Shown here in pieces: positions 1 through 10,454 of a stretch of 64,000 nucleotides of DNA; within the stretch, counting starts at the first letter, position 1; every line of letters begins with the position of its first letter. The translations under genes were made by a program, and so were the position numbers. Source of the stretch: Candidatus Methanosuratincola verstraetei (GTDB lineage Archaea > Thermoproteota > Methanomethylicia > Methanomethylicales > Methanomethylicaceae); the NCBI GenBank assembly GCA_049570475.1, contig CP186953.1, positions 224,001 to 288,000 of the forward strand, read 5' to 3'. The notes under the pieces are model-generated. The model was given only the letters and a program-made list of their open reading frames with translations, had not been told where the DNA came from and ran no database searches.

Positions 1-313
1 AATAATGGGTGCCGTAGGTTTCGGGGCGGGCCTCATATGGAAGAGGAAGGACAAGAACAGGATCTCAAGGACTGGCGTGCTTGTCGGGTGTTACATAATC
101 ATGTTCGCATTCGATGTTGTGACGTCCTGGATCCTGCTAGTTATGATTGGCTGGGACGTGGCCTACGCCTTGGTGATCGGGTTGCTCGGGCTTTTCATAC
201 CCACGCCGGCATCTGGAGGGTGGATGGTGGCAGTCGGCCCTATAACCGAGTTCACGACTGCCTCTGTGATAGCGATGCTTGTGCAGGTGCTTGCAAAGAA
301 CAGAACTAGGTGA
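1..313 (+). CDS. Membrane protein, 5'-truncated by window edge (possible ECF-type S component)
   Basis: Hydrophobic multi-TM ORF running in from the window edge; adjacent to a DUF4430-like gene. Confidence 0.5.
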   Translation, partial: IMGAVGFGAGLIWKRKDKNRISRTGVLVGCYIIMFAFDVVTSWILLVMIGWDVAYALVIGLLGLFIPTPASGGWMVAVGPITEFTTASVIAMLVQVLAKNRTR

Positions 314-407
314 CCGCCCGATTCGAGAAGCATTCGGCAACCTACCAAAGGAAACTATTTGGAGCGCCCGCCTACTCGCACAAAAAAGAAAAAAATGGAA
401 AATTGGC

Positions 408-857
408 TTAGAATTTAGTCAAGACCCACTTGACCGATTCCCCATTATTCAGGATGTACTGGTCAGCGCCTACAGGGCCCATCTCCCACTTGTTGTTTGA
501 CCAGACATAATAGACCCAGTAGGTGTTCTGAGCAACGTTTTCAAAGACTCCGTTGATTCCATTAACCCAAGTGCCATACGAGTAAACTGTGTAGTTCACC
601 TGTGCCGCTTTGAGAGTGGCATTGAGAAGGCTGAAGCCTACTGGCACATACGTGCCATTCTTCCATACGGTGGTGCCGTTCCCGTAGTCGATCCCCAGAT
701 TGACCTTAATTGCGACGTCACCGATCACCGATTTGTAGTTGTCAATAATGATTTGCTGGCTCTGGGAATTCTGGTAGTAATAGGCCAGTCCGACTGTAGC
801 CCCTACAGCCCATATCAAGAGCACACCTGAAATTATGGTCCACGTGTTGGTAGCCAT
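408..857 (-). CDS. Membrane-anchored DUF4430-like protein
   Basis: N-terminal TM; C-terminal WVNGING...YWVYYV...MGPVGADQYIL.NGE.V.W pattern typical of DUF4430/transcobalamin C-terminal-like domains. Confidence 0.75.
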   Translation of the reverse strand: MATNTWTIISGVLLIWAVGATVGLAYYYQNSQSQQIIIDNYKSVIGDVAIKVNLGIDYGNGTTVWKNGTYVPVGFSLLNATLKAAQVNYTVYSYGTWVNGINGVFENVAQNTYWVYYVWSNNKWEMGPVGADQYILNNGESVKWVLTKF

Positions 858-1022
858 TCAGATCGCCTATAATGGATAGATAATCCATCCGTATTTAAAA
901 ACTTGACTGGGTGCAGCTTCATAACCATGTGATTGGCTGGAACCGCTAGGGTTAATTTGCAGGCCGGTTCCTTTTGATTCTTGGAAGTGTTTGGTACGCA
1001 GGCGTTGATCCCTGAAATAGGC

Positions 1023-1484
1023 ATGTTTGCAGTGCAGAAGCTCCCATACCATTCGTGCAGGAGGTGCGGCAGATGCTGCACCGCCAAGCTAATCCCACTG
1101 TACGAAAAGGATCTAGAGAGGCTCGGCGGCTTCAGAAGCTTTTACATGCCGACCAACAGCCTTGAGAGGGAGATCACAGGGGCAGCGTACAAGATGATGA
1201 TGGTCAACTCGAGGTGTGTGTTCTTAGACGGCACAATATGCAAGGTCTACGACATGAGGCCAGATACCTGCAGGAGGCACCCGTTCATAGTGACCAGGAA
1301 GAGGATCCTCGTCTCAGCAGCCTGCCCAGGAGTGGACTGGTCAAGGGAGAACAACGACCTTGATTACTACAGGACCCTCTCTTCAGGCATAAGCGAAAGA
1401 CTGGATCGGTTCATAGAAGCTAGATCCAGGCTCAGCTCTCGATGGACTCGACTCTTAGCCCCTGGTCAGAGACCGCAGCCCTGA
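1023..1484 (+). CDS. YkgJ-family CxxCxxCC cysteine-cluster protein
   Basis: CRRCGRCC, CVFL...CKVYDMRPDTCRRHP; ATG at 1023. Confidence 0.8.
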   Translation: MFAVQKLPYHSCRRCGRCCTAKLIPLYEKDLERLGGFRSFYMPTNSLEREITGAAYKMMMVNSRCVFLDGTICKVYDMRPDTCRRHPFIVTRKRILVSAACPGVDWSRENNDLDYYRTLSSGISERLDRFIEARSRLSSRWTRLLAPGQRPQP

Positions 1485-2436
1485 ACGGCATACCCCCGAC
1501 TATCCGTATTGCAGTCGATACCTCCACCTCCCTGCCTGGGCAGAGAGCTATCATGCAGCCGCCGCCACCAGCGCCAGTCATCTTCGAACCAATTGCGCCA
1601 GCAAACCGGGCAGAATACACCATGTCATTGAGGGACTTTGAAGATACCCCCAAGGAGTCCAGCAGACCATGGTTGATGTTCATCAGCCTCCCCAAGGTAT
1701 CCAGATCCCCTGATGCTAGGGCATCCTTAGCGCGCTCGGAAATCCTGCCAATGCTCTGGAGTGTTGGCAAGACGATCTCAGGATATGCCTCCCGCAGAGC
1801 CTTCACCTTCCTGACCAGGTCGGATGTCCGGAACTCGCGTTCAGAATACCCCACGACCATTGGGAGTTCGCAGTTGATCGGAAGCTTCTCTACGGTCTGC
1901 TGTGCAGAGGGTTTGATGTACAGGATGCCCCCATACGTCGCAACGGAGGTGTCCATCGGGCTTGCCAGACCTTGGACCGCCAGCTCGGTCTGGTGGGCTA
2001 GTCGGGCAATTTCGCCCAGAGAGAGCTCCTCCCCCATAAGCATAGTGTAGGCAGCAACTGTGCCGACTGCCACCGCGGCTGATGTGCCGAGCCCAGCGCC
2101 CACAGGCATCTCCGACCTGATAGTGACGTTTACGCCACCCTTCTTGCCGAGCCTCTCGGAGACGGTCTCTATAGCCTTCCTAACGTATCCGACCGCCCCG
2201 ACGATCTTTCCATAATCAGCCTCAACTATCAGCTCGGGGCGTTCTTCGCTGTATGTCAGCACAACTCCTGGGACCTGGAGATCCATTGCAGCTATCTTTA
2301 TGAGCTTGTCTGATCGCCCTTCGACAGAAACAGTGAGCCTCTTGCCTATCGCGGCGACTAGGGCAGGCTCCCCGTAGACCACGGCATGCTCCCCGAAGAG
2401 GGAGACTTTACCTGGGACTGAGACCGTTACCCTCAT
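1432..2436 (-). CDS. mvk: Mevalonate kinase
   Basis: PGKVSLFGEHAVVYG, PVGAGLGTSAA and KMTGAGGGGC GHMP motifs. Confidence 0.95.
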   Translation of the reverse strand: MRVTVSVPGKVSLFGEHAVVYGEPALVAAIGKRLTVSVEGRSDKLIKIAAMDLQVPGVVLTYSEERPELIVEADYGKIVGAVGYVRKAIETVSERLGKKGGVNVTIRSEMPVGAGLGTSAAVAVGTVAAYTMLMGEELSLGEIARLAHQTELAVQGLASPMDTSVATYGGILYIKPSAQQTVEKLPINCELPMVVGYSEREFRTSDLVRKVKALREAYPEIVLPTLQSIGRISERAKDALASGDLDTLGRLMNINHGLLDSLGVSSKSLNDMVYSARFAGAIGSKMTGAGGGGCMIALCPGREVEVSTAIRIVGGMPFRAAVSDQGLRVESIES

Positions 2437-2518
2437 CCCCGCACCAGCCTATATGGCTTTGAATTCTTTTAGTATTTAAATGTGTGAGAGGATAAACTAT
2501 GACAAGTCGAGGACTTGA

Positions 2519-3856
2519 GTGGGGTGGTTCACGATTAAGGAAAAGCTCTTCGAGATTGGCGACAGGGTGCGCAAGGGGTTCCTCTCGATGGGGGCAGACC
2601 AGGCAATAGTAATCCCGAGCCACATCGAGAGGCTCATGGTGAGGTTCTCAAACAACAAGACCACAGTGGTCCAGAACTGGAGCCTGATGGGCATTGATGC
2701 GCTGGCGGTCTTCGGGAAAAAGAAGGTCATAACTCGCATGGAGGATCTCTCTGAGGGAGGGATTGAAAGGGGGCTGGAACGGGCGGTCAAGTGCGCCCCA
2801 ATGGTTTCGGACTCAGAGACAATCACTGATGTTGAAGCGACAAAATTCCCTGACAGGCGGTCTGACCAGGCAATAGATCCGGAGAGGATCAACGACTGCA
2901 TCAGCAATTGCATAGATGCGGCGATGAAGGAAGGGGGCGAGAGGAGCGCCGGGATCTTCAATGCAGAGGCAAGGAAGGTCGCAATCCTGACCAGCAGCGG
3001 CGGGGAGGGGTATGATGAGAGGAGTTCCTTCGAGCTGAATGTCAGGTCATTCGCAGGCGAAGGATCAGGCCAGGGGCTGACATGCGCCACCGAAATGCGC
3101 GCGCTCGATGCCGATGGGGCGGGGAGGCGGGCGGGGATGATCGCGAGGATGTCGAGAGAGAGAGTGCAGTGGAGCGAAGGGAGTTACGAAGTCTTACTTG
3201 GGCCGATAATATTTGCGAACCTTATCGAGAGGGTTGGGGACGCGAGCTCTGCGTTCAGTGTTGAGGCGGGCGTGTCATTCCTCTCCGGCAAGATGGGGGA
3301 GAAGGTCGCTCCTGAAATGGTTACGATCGAGGATGACGGTTCAGATCCAAATGGGCTCAATTCAAGGACTTTCGACGACGAATGCGTCCCAGTGCGCAAG
3401 ACAGCGATTGTCGCAGAGGGGAGGATGTCGGCGTACCTCCATAACAAGTCGACAGCGAAGAGGTTCGGCACGATCAGCACAGGCAATGCAGGCTGGGTGG
3501 CGCCATCGCCCTGGAACCTGAAGGTATCCGCAGGCGACATCAGCATGGATGAGATGATCAGCGAGATGAGGAGGGGGGTCTACGTTGTCAGCAACTGGTA
3601 CACGAGGTTCCAGAACTATGCGACCGGAGACTTCTCGACGATATGCAGGGACGGGACCTTCCTCGTCGAGGGCGGAGAGGTGAAAGGCGCCCTAAGGGGC
3701 GTCAGGATAAGCGACAATATGCTCAGGATACTCGGATCGATCAGGCAAGTCAGCTCTGACAGGAACTGGGTACGCTGGTGGGAGGTCCGCACGCCCGCAC
3801 TCGTGCCTGCAGTTCTCGCCTCTGGCGTCATGCTGACGAAGGCACAGGGAAGCTGA
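2519..3856 (+). CDS. TldD/PmbA family protein (PmbA-like)
   Basis: VRFSNN, TFDDECVP, STGNAG, GDFS motifs; start codon uncertain. Confidence 0.9.
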   Translation: MGWFTIKEKLFEIGDRVRKGFLSMGADQAIVIPSHIERLMVRFSNNKTTVVQNWSLMGIDALAVFGKKKVITRMEDLSEGGIERGLERAVKCAPMVSDSETITDVEATKFPDRRSDQAIDPERINDCISNCIDAAMKEGGERSAGIFNAEARKVAILTSSGGEGYDERSSFELNVRSFAGEGSGQGLTCATEMRALDADGAGRRAGMIARMSRERVQWSEGSYEVLLGPIIFANLIERVGDASSAFSVEAGVSFLSGKMGEKVAPEMVTIEDDGSDPNGLNSRTFDDECVPVRKTAIVAEGRMSAYLHNKSTAKRFGTISTGNAGWVAPSPWNLKVSAGDISMDEMISEMRRGVYVVSNWYTRFQNYATGDFSTICRDGTFLVEGGEVKGALRGVRISDNMLRILGSIRQVSSDRNWVRWWEVRTPALVPAVLASGVMLTKAQGS

Positions 3857-3902
3857 TCTTCCTGCCACTCGTTTCTTTTATTTTTTGGATCGCACGCACC
3901 AA

Positions 3903-5288
3903 TCACGCCATATTCTGATCAGAGATCCTGAGGGCCTTGTCGAGTGCTTCGATCCCGATATCGATCTCGGACTCTGTGATTATCAGGGGCGGCGCTATCA
4001 CCAAGTGGTTTATCCAAGCGTACTGGTAGACGCCCAAGCGGTACATCTCGGACGCTATGCGATCTGCCATCAGCTGAAGCCCTCTTGCCTTGTCTGCGCG
4101 TGTGTTGAAAGGCAGGCGCTTCGACCGGTCTCTCGTCAACTCGAGTGCCCAGAATAGCCCCATGCCCCTGATGTCGCCCACAGAAGGGTGTGACTCCTTC
4201 AGCTCTTCCAAGCGCCTATGCATGTAGCCGCCGATCCTCCTGACATGGTTGAGGAGATCCATCCTCCTGAACTCAGATATCACTGCGGGCACGGCAGCCA
4301 AGGAGATCGGGTGGGCCTCATAGGTGTGCCCGTGTGTGAAGCCTGTCTTTTCCGCCTCCTCTGCAACATCCCGCCTCACCGCGGTAATACCCAGAGGGGC
4401 GTAGGCGCCCGTGCTCCCCTTCGCAGTAGTTATTATGTCGGGCGTAATGCCCCAGTGCTCAAACGAGAACCATGTGCCTGTCCGCCCCCAGCCAGCCATC
4501 ACCTCATCCGCGATGAAGATAAGGCCGAACTCCTCGGCAACCCTCTTCAAGCGCGGGAGGTATTCGTCGACAGGGACTATCACGCCATTTGTCCCCACGA
4601 TCGGCTCCACGATGATCCCGGCGACGTTCCCCTCGTTCTCGACCAGGTACCGAACGTATTCTGCGCAGGCAACTCCGCACTCGGGATATGACAGACTGAA
4701 GGGGCACCTGTAGCAGTAGCAGTCCGGCGCAAAGACCACCCCGGGTATCTTGCCTGCGGGCTCTGCGCCCAGGCGGCGCGGGTCCCCCGTGCAAGATATC
4801 GCGCCAGCGGTTGATCCGTGGTAAGAAGCGTACCTTGAGATGATCTTGTAAGCCCCGCGAGACCTCTGGAAGTGCCTCACTATCCCCAATGCGGCTTCAT
4901 TCGCCTCGCTCCCTGAGGTCGAGAAGAGCATCTTGTCCAGGCCTCGCGGAAAAATCTCGGAGAGGGATTTTGCAGCCTTAGCCCGAACTTCCAATGCGAA
5001 AGCAGGGCTCAAGAATGGCATCTTTGCCGCTTGATCAGCGATCGCTTCGATCACAGCCCTGTTCTTGTGCCCCAAGTTTGAGCACATCAGCTGTGAAGAG
5101 AAGTCGAGGATCCTCCTGCCCGAAGCTTCTTTGAGGAAGACCCCCTCAGCGTCGACGATCTGCACGGGCTTTTCCCACCCTCTCTGCCTCCACCAGGTAT
5201 TGAATAGATGGATCGACTGATCTCTGCTGGTGCTTTCCCCCGCACCCTCCCCTTCGACTCTGTGCTTGTCCTGCAAGAGAGACACCAA
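3903..5288 (-). CDS. Class III PLP-dependent aminotransferase
   Basis: SGSEANE, SYHGST, FIADEVMAGWGRTG, DIITTAKG, HGHTY. Confidence 0.93.
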   Translation of the reverse strand: MVSLLQDKHRVEGEGAGESTSRDQSIHLFNTWWRQRGWEKPVQIVDAEGVFLKEASGRRILDFSSQLMCSNLGHKNRAVIEAIADQAAKMPFLSPAFALEVRAKAAKSLSEIFPRGLDKMLFSTSGSEANEAALGIVRHFQRSRGAYKIISRYASYHGSTAGAISCTGDPRRLGAEPAGKIPGVVFAPDCYCYRCPFSLSYPECGVACAEYVRYLVENEGNVAGIIVEPIVGTNGVIVPVDEYLPRLKRVAEEFGLIFIADEVMAGWGRTGTWFSFEHWGITPDIITTAKGSTGAYAPLGITAVRRDVAEEAEKTGFTHGHTYEAHPISLAAVPAVISEFRRMDLLNHVRRIGGYMHRRLEELKESHPSVGDIRGMGLFWALELTRDRSKRLPFNTRADKARGLQLMADRIASEMYRLGVYQYAWINHLVIAPPLIITESEIDIGIEALDKALRISDQNMA

Positions 5289-5419
5289 ACGATTGGTCTA
5301 CTCCCCTGATCCGATAATAAGCTTTCCCGGCACCTCTTTCTTGACTGGATCGTGTTGCGCCCACAGCGCATGGTTTAAGAGAAGGCAATCCCGCTATCCT
5401 CCAGCAGGCAGAGGATTTT

Positions 5420-5899
5420 GTGATGTCCCTTAGAGTCGGATTTAACATGGGGCCCAAGAAATACTTCATTTTCCCCCTGGTGGCTATCCCTCTGTCGCTG
5501 CTCTTGATCCTCGGGCTAAACACCTACTTCGGCAGGGACATCCAGCCAACTGCCTTTGCCTTGTTGAGCGTGGAGGGGGGTCCAGAAACAGGGGAATACA
5601 GGTTTACAATAGCCCTCGTGAACCAGAACGGCACCAACGGGCCTGCTGACGGATACATAAAGCTCAAGGTGGCCAACCAAAAAGGAGAGGAAGTCTACAG
5701 CGGCAACTTTCGGGTGAAGTCAGAGGAGTTCCGCGAGGTCAGGGTGGATGGCGGGGCTAGGCTTGTCGGCTTCAGCTGGACCGTCCCCGCGGCAAACCTC
5801 AGCACCGCTGATGGGGGCGGAAAGGGCACCGCAGAGATCGTGTTCCTCTCCCTGTATGGCAGTTCAGTGACAGGGACGCTCGAGATGGAGCTGCCATAG
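5420..5899 (+). CDS. Hypothetical membrane-anchored protein
   Basis: N-terminal TM followed by a beta-rich soluble domain; start may be 5447. Confidence 0.65.
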   Translation: MMSLRVGFNMGPKKYFIFPLVAIPLSLLLILGLNTYFGRDIQPTAFALLSVEGGPETGEYRFTIALVNQNGTNGPADGYIKLKVANQKGEEVYSGNFRVKSEEFREVRVDGGARLVGFSWTVPAANLSTADGGGKGTAEIVFLSLYGSSVTGTLEMELP

Positions 5900-5932
5900 T
5901 GTGGCGGAGAAGCGAAGAACGCCTTTGCATCC

Positions 5933-7234
5933 TTGCCGACAGGGTTAAGAGATTCGAGGAAAGACAGCATCACAGGGATTACGTTGGCGAAGATGAAAGG
6001 CTTCAGGAAGCTCACCAATGTGGCTGAAGCTCTCCAGATCGCACTGAAGGAATGCTCGAGGGTGAGGGTTGGCACTGAAATGGTCAGCGCAGAGTGCGCG
6101 CTGGGACGGATGCTCGCAGAGGACGTAATCGCCCAGCACGATGTCCCCCCATACGACAGGGCGGCTGTAGATGGGTATGCGATCAGGAGCGAGGAGGCGT
6201 TCAGCGCCTCGCAGTCGAATCCGGCAATATTCAGGATTGTAGGGGTTGCAGAGGCTGGAGGAGGGCGGAAGAGGGTCGGACCAGGGGAGGCTGCCGAGAT
6301 ATACACAGGCGCAGTCATGCCGGAGGGCGCCGATGCCGTCTCGATGGCGGAGGACTGCGAAAGGGAAGGTGATGAGGTGCGGGTGCTCCGGGCAGTAGCA
6401 AAGTACGCCAACGTCTCGAGGTGCGGCGAGGATATCAAAAAGGGCGAAGTCGTGTTCAGGAAAGGCCACGTGCTCAAGGCATGGGACATCGGTGTTCTTC
6501 TTTCAATAAGGATGCGTGAAGTTGCAGTCAAGGCCAGGCCCAAGGTAGCAGTAATCTCGACGGGCTCGGAGCTGGTCGAGATCTCCGATCCGAGGGCCCT
6601 GGACGAAACAAGCCTCGTCGACTCGACCAGGCCTATGATAAAGGCGCTGCTCGCCAAGGCAGGGTGCGATGTAGTCGACGGGGGCATAGTCCATGATGAA
6701 ATCGAGGCGATAAGGGATCGGATCTCAAATCTGGCTGCGCAGGCGGACCTCATAATCACCATCGGCGGGACCTCGGTAGGCGGGAAGGATCTTGTCCCCG
6801 ATGCCGTCGGCGGCGTGCAGGGATCTAGACTGATCTTCCATGGAATAGCAGCAAAGCCAGGGAAGCCGCTGGGGTTTGGGATTTTCATGGGGAGGCCGCT
6901 CTTCATGCTGCCAGGGTACCCAGTGTCAGCGCTCGTCGGGTATGAGTGCATCATAAAGCCAGTGATCGCATCCCTCACCGGCACCCCAGCCAAGGAGAGG
7001 GAAAAGGTGAAGGCCAGGCTCACAAGAAGGGTCCCCACAACCCCGGGAGTGAGGCACTTCCTCAGGGTCGTACTGGAGCGTGAGGGGGAGTGGATCAAAG
7101 CAAAGCCGATAGCCCTAACTGGATCAGGGCTCCTCTCTTCTGTGGCCAAAGCAGACGGATTAGTCATAGTTGGGGAGGACAAGGAGGGGCTTGAGGAAGG
7201 AGAAGTGGTAGAGGTCGAGCTTTTGGGTGATTGA
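5933..7234 (+). CDS. moeA: Molybdopterin molybdotransferase MoeA
   Basis: PPYDRAAVDGYA, IYTGAVMPEGADAV, STGSEL, AKPGKP, LPGYPVSA; true start probably TTG at about 5984. Confidence 0.93.
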   Translation: MPTGLRDSRKDSITGITLAKMKGFRKLTNVAEALQIALKECSRVRVGTEMVSAECALGRMLAEDVIAQHDVPPYDRAAVDGYAIRSEEAFSASQSNPAIFRIVGVAEAGGGRKRVGPGEAAEIYTGAVMPEGADAVSMAEDCEREGDEVRVLRAVAKYANVSRCGEDIKKGEVVFRKGHVLKAWDIGVLLSIRMREVAVKARPKVAVISTGSELVEISDPRALDETSLVDSTRPMIKALLAKAGCDVVDGGIVHDEIEAIRDRISNLAAQADLIITIGGTSVGGKDLVPDAVGGVQGSRLIFHGIAAKPGKPLGFGIFMGRPLFMLPGYPVSALVGYECIIKPVIASLTGTPAKEREKVKARLTRRVPTTPGVRHFLRVVLEREGEWIKAKPIALTGSGLLSSVAKADGLVIVGEDKEGLEEGEVVEVELLGD

Positions 7235-9185
7235 CTTGACGCAAGAGGAAAGGAAGATCTTCCACAGGCTGGCGACCCTTGAAGAGGCATCTAGAATGCT
7301 AATGGGAGTGGCGACGCACATTCCAGGGCCAGAGAGGGTCGCGGTCAGCCAAGCATTTGGCAGGGTCCTTTCGAGGACGCTCTATTCAGAGATAGACCTC
7401 CCGCCCTTCGACAGGGCAGAGATGGACGGATATGCGGTCATCTCCTCGGACACCGAGGGGGCAAGCGAGACTTCCCCAGTAAGGCTCAAGGTATCCGGCA
7501 GGGTTGACGCTGGCTCTTCCTACAGGGGGGAGGTTATCGAGGGATCATGCGTCGAGATAGCGACCGGCGCGCCGGTGCCCAGGGGGGCGGACGCGGTATT
7601 GATGGTTGAGCACACTTCGCGATCCGGCGATTCCGTTGAGGTGTACAAGCCGGTGACGCCAGGCGAGAATATCGCCCACACGGGTTCGGACCTCGAGATT
7701 GGGGAGGTGGTTCTGAGGAAAGGATCAGTCATCGGTGTCAGGGAGGTCGCATTGCTCTCGGCTGCAGGGTTCAATGAGGTGGAGGTATATGGAAAGCCGA
7801 AGGTCGGCATAATATCCACGGGTAATGAGCTGGTCGAGCCAGGGCTTGAGCTTCTCCCTGGGAAGATATACGATGTGAACTCCCAAATGCTAATTGCTGC
7901 TGTGACCGAGGCAGGCGGGGTCCCGTCATTTTTGGGGAGGGCGAGAGACGACCTTGAAGCGATAAAGAGGTTTATTGCCGAGGGGATCGACGGCACAGAT
8001 CTTGTCCTGATATCAGGCGGCACCTCAGCCGGCCTGGGCGATGCGGTCTACAAAGCGATAGAGGAACTCTGCGATCCGGGCATCCTTGCACATGGGCTAA
8101 AGATTAAGCCCGGCAAGCCGACAGTCATAGCGGCTCACAGGGGCAAAGCAGTGATAGGGCTCCCAGGATACCCAGTATCAGCACTAATGGTCTTCAAACA
8201 GATAGTCAGCCCCCTGATACAGAGGATGGCGAGGGCGAAGGGCAGGAGCGAAAGGGAGGTTGAGGCGAAACTTGCACAGAGGGTCAACGGCGCGAAGGGG
8301 AGGAGGTGGTTCCTACCCGTGCACCTGCTTAAGGGCAACGGTGAGAAGGCCTACCCCATCCTTGCAAGCTCAGGGGCCGTAGGGACCCTTGCCAGGGCTG
8401 ACGGCTACATAGTCGTCCCTGAGGATGTCGAGTACATTGAAAGGGGGGAGCCGGTCCAGGTCAGGCTCTTTGGGGATCCAGAAACCAAGGAAGGGCTGCT
8501 GGTGATGGGAAGCCACTGCCCTGCGCTCGATCTGCTCCTGGAGACTTTGTTCGAGGAAAAAGGCATAAGCGCGAGGGCGCTTAATGTTGGATCCCTAGGC
8601 GGGCTTAATGCGGTGGCTGGTGGGGAATGCGACCTTGCCGGGATCCACCTGCTGGACGAAGGGACCATGACTTACAACACGGAGTTCGTCAGGAGGGCAG
8701 GACTCCCTGACTGGTGTCTTGTGAAGGGATACAAGAGGGCACAGGGGATCGCAGTCCCCAACGGGAACCCGAGGGGCGTAAGAGGCCTACGCGATCTCAT
8801 CAGCAAAGACCTGATCTTCGCCAATAGGAACAGGGGATCAGGGACAAGGATCCTAACGGACAGGATGCTCAAGGAAATCGCGGATGATCTTGGGATCAGT
8901 TTCAAGGACCTTGTGGGAAGGATAAGGGGGTACAGATCTGAGTTCAAGACGCACTCTTCAGTTGCGGCGGCAATTAGCCAAGGGCGCGCAGACCTAGGAG
9001 TCTGCGTGAAGGGGGCTGCTGCCGCCTATGGGCTCGATTTCATTCCAATTGCCGAGGAGGAGTATGACTTTGTGATCAGCCCAGAGTGCAAGGACAAAGA
9101 GGAGGTCAAGGAGTTCCTCAGCTGCCTGAGATCCAAACGCTTCAGGGAGAAGGCAGGGAAGTTGGAGGGTTTCACATTCTGGTAG
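7227..9185 (+). CDS. moeA: MoeA fused to a C-terminal periplasmic-binding-protein-like domain
   Basis: MoeA motifs followed by GSHC, GSLGGL, NRNRGSGTR, EEEYD. Confidence 0.93.
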   Translation: MIDLTQEERKIFHRLATLEEASRMLMGVATHIPGPERVAVSQAFGRVLSRTLYSEIDLPPFDRAEMDGYAVISSDTEGASETSPVRLKVSGRVDAGSSYRGEVIEGSCVEIATGAPVPRGADAVLMVEHTSRSGDSVEVYKPVTPGENIAHTGSDLEIGEVVLRKGSVIGVREVALLSAAGFNEVEVYGKPKVGIISTGNELVEPGLELLPGKIYDVNSQMLIAAVTEAGGVPSFLGRARDDLEAIKRFIAEGIDGTDLVLISGGTSAGLGDAVYKAIEELCDPGILAHGLKIKPGKPTVIAAHRGKAVIGLPGYPVSALMVFKQIVSPLIQRMARAKGRSEREVEAKLAQRVNGAKGRRWFLPVHLLKGNGEKAYPILASSGAVGTLARADGYIVVPEDVEYIERGEPVQVRLFGDPETKEGLLVMGSHCPALDLLLETLFEEKGISARALNVGSLGGLNAVAGGECDLAGIHLLDEGTMTYNTEFVRRAGLPDWCLVKGYKRAQGIAVPNGNPRGVRGLRDLISKDLIFANRNRGSGTRILTDRMLKEIADDLGISFKDLVGRIRGYRSEFKTHSSVAAAISQGRADLGVCVKGAAAAYGLDFIPIAEEEYDFVISPECKDKEEVKEFLSCLRSKRFREKAGKLEGFTFW

Positions 9186-9276
9186 TTACCGATCAGATCT
9201 CCTTTTAACCACAGACGAGAAAATAAACACATAGTGGGGACCAAGCGGATCGCATTGCACCGGGCGGTGCAGGCAT

Positions 9277-10383
9277 ATGGTGAAAAGGACGCCTCTTTAC
9301 AGCGTTCATTCGAAAGCGGCACACATGGGGGAATTTGCGGGCTTCGAGTTGCCCATATGGTACGAAGGCATCGTAAATGAAGCCCTTAACACGAGGAAGG
9401 ATGCATCGATCTTTGATGTCTCCCACATGGGCAGGCTTATAATCGAAGGGCCTGAGAGCGCAAGCCTGCTGGACTGGCTGGCAACAGCAAATATATCGGG
9501 TCTCGGTTTGAGGCAAGGGAAATACTGCCTGCTCTGCAATGAGCGGGGCGGCGTTCTCGAAGATGCTATCGTCTTCAGGGTCGGGGAGGAAAGGTTCATT
9601 TTGGTCGGCAATGCCTCCAGGAGGGACTTCGATCTCGAATGGCTAATTGCACACGGCAGCAAATTCGATGTGTCGGTGAAGGATTTCTCAGACACCTCAT
9701 TGATGTTAGCGCTGCAGGGGCCAAAGGCAGAAGAGCGGCTCCAAAGGGTCTGCAGCGAGGATCTCTCGAAGATACGGAGGTTCAGGGGAGAGTGGGCGAG
9801 GATACTCGGCAAGGAGGCTTTTGTGACAAGGACGGGCTACACAGGCGAAGACGGGTTCGAAGCGATATTTTTCAGCCTCGAGGGCGCCGAAAGCATATGG
9901 AACGGGCTTCTCGGCGAAGGGTTCAGGCCGGCAGGCCTGGGGGCCAGGGACGTCCTCAGGGTTGAGGCAGGGTTGCCCCTCTATGGCAAGGAACTTAACG
10001 AGTCGGTCACCCCAATTGACGCAGGGTTATTTTTTGCGGTTTCAATGGAGAAAGGCGGCTTCATCGGCAAGGAAGCGTTGGCAGAGGCCCTTCGGGAGGG
10101 GGGAAGGAGGAAGTTTCTTGTCGGGATCAGGATGGAAGAGGGGGGCGTGCCCAGGGAAGGCTACCCTTTGTTCTTGAATGGCGAAAGGATAGGCGAGATA
10201 ACAAGCGGGACTTTTTCCCCAACATTAAGCACAGGAGTAGGGCTTGGATACATCTCGAAGCAGCTTGAACCAGGTTCAGCGGTCTCAGTTGGTGTGAGGG
10301 GGGCCCTAAGAGCGTGCAGGATCGCAAGGATCCCTTTCTACGGACCCAAGGCGCTCAGCCCGGGAGCCTCAAGGCAACATTAG
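9277..10383 (+). CDS. gcvT: Glycine cleavage system aminomethyltransferase T
   Basis: KRTPLY, FDVSHMG, RTGYTGEDGFE, GLGARDVLRVEAGLPLYG, TSGTFSPTL. Confidence 0.93.
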   Translation: MVKRTPLYSVHSKAAHMGEFAGFELPIWYEGIVNEALNTRKDASIFDVSHMGRLIIEGPESASLLDWLATANISGLGLRQGKYCLLCNERGGVLEDAIVFRVGEERFILVGNASRRDFDLEWLIAHGSKFDVSVKDFSDTSLMLALQGPKAEERLQRVCSEDLSKIRRFRGEWARILGKEAFVTRTGYTGEDGFEAIFFSLEGAESIWNGLLGEGFRPAGLGARDVLRVEAGLPLYGKELNESVTPIDAGLFFAVSMEKGGFIGKEALAEALREGGRRKFLVGIRMEEGGVPREGYPLFLNGERIGEITSGTFSPTLSTGVGLGYISKQLEPGSAVSVGVRGALRACRIARIPFYGPKALSPGASRQH

Positions 10384-10454
10384 CATCAGCAGGGATCCCA
10401 GATACAAGAGTTAAATAGCAATGGTCTCAACGGTATAGATGGTGTTCATGCAGC

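Noticed and set aside
5695-7290. 531-aa minus-strand ORF
   Set aside because: Antisense shadow of moeA; Ser/Pro-rich with no motifs
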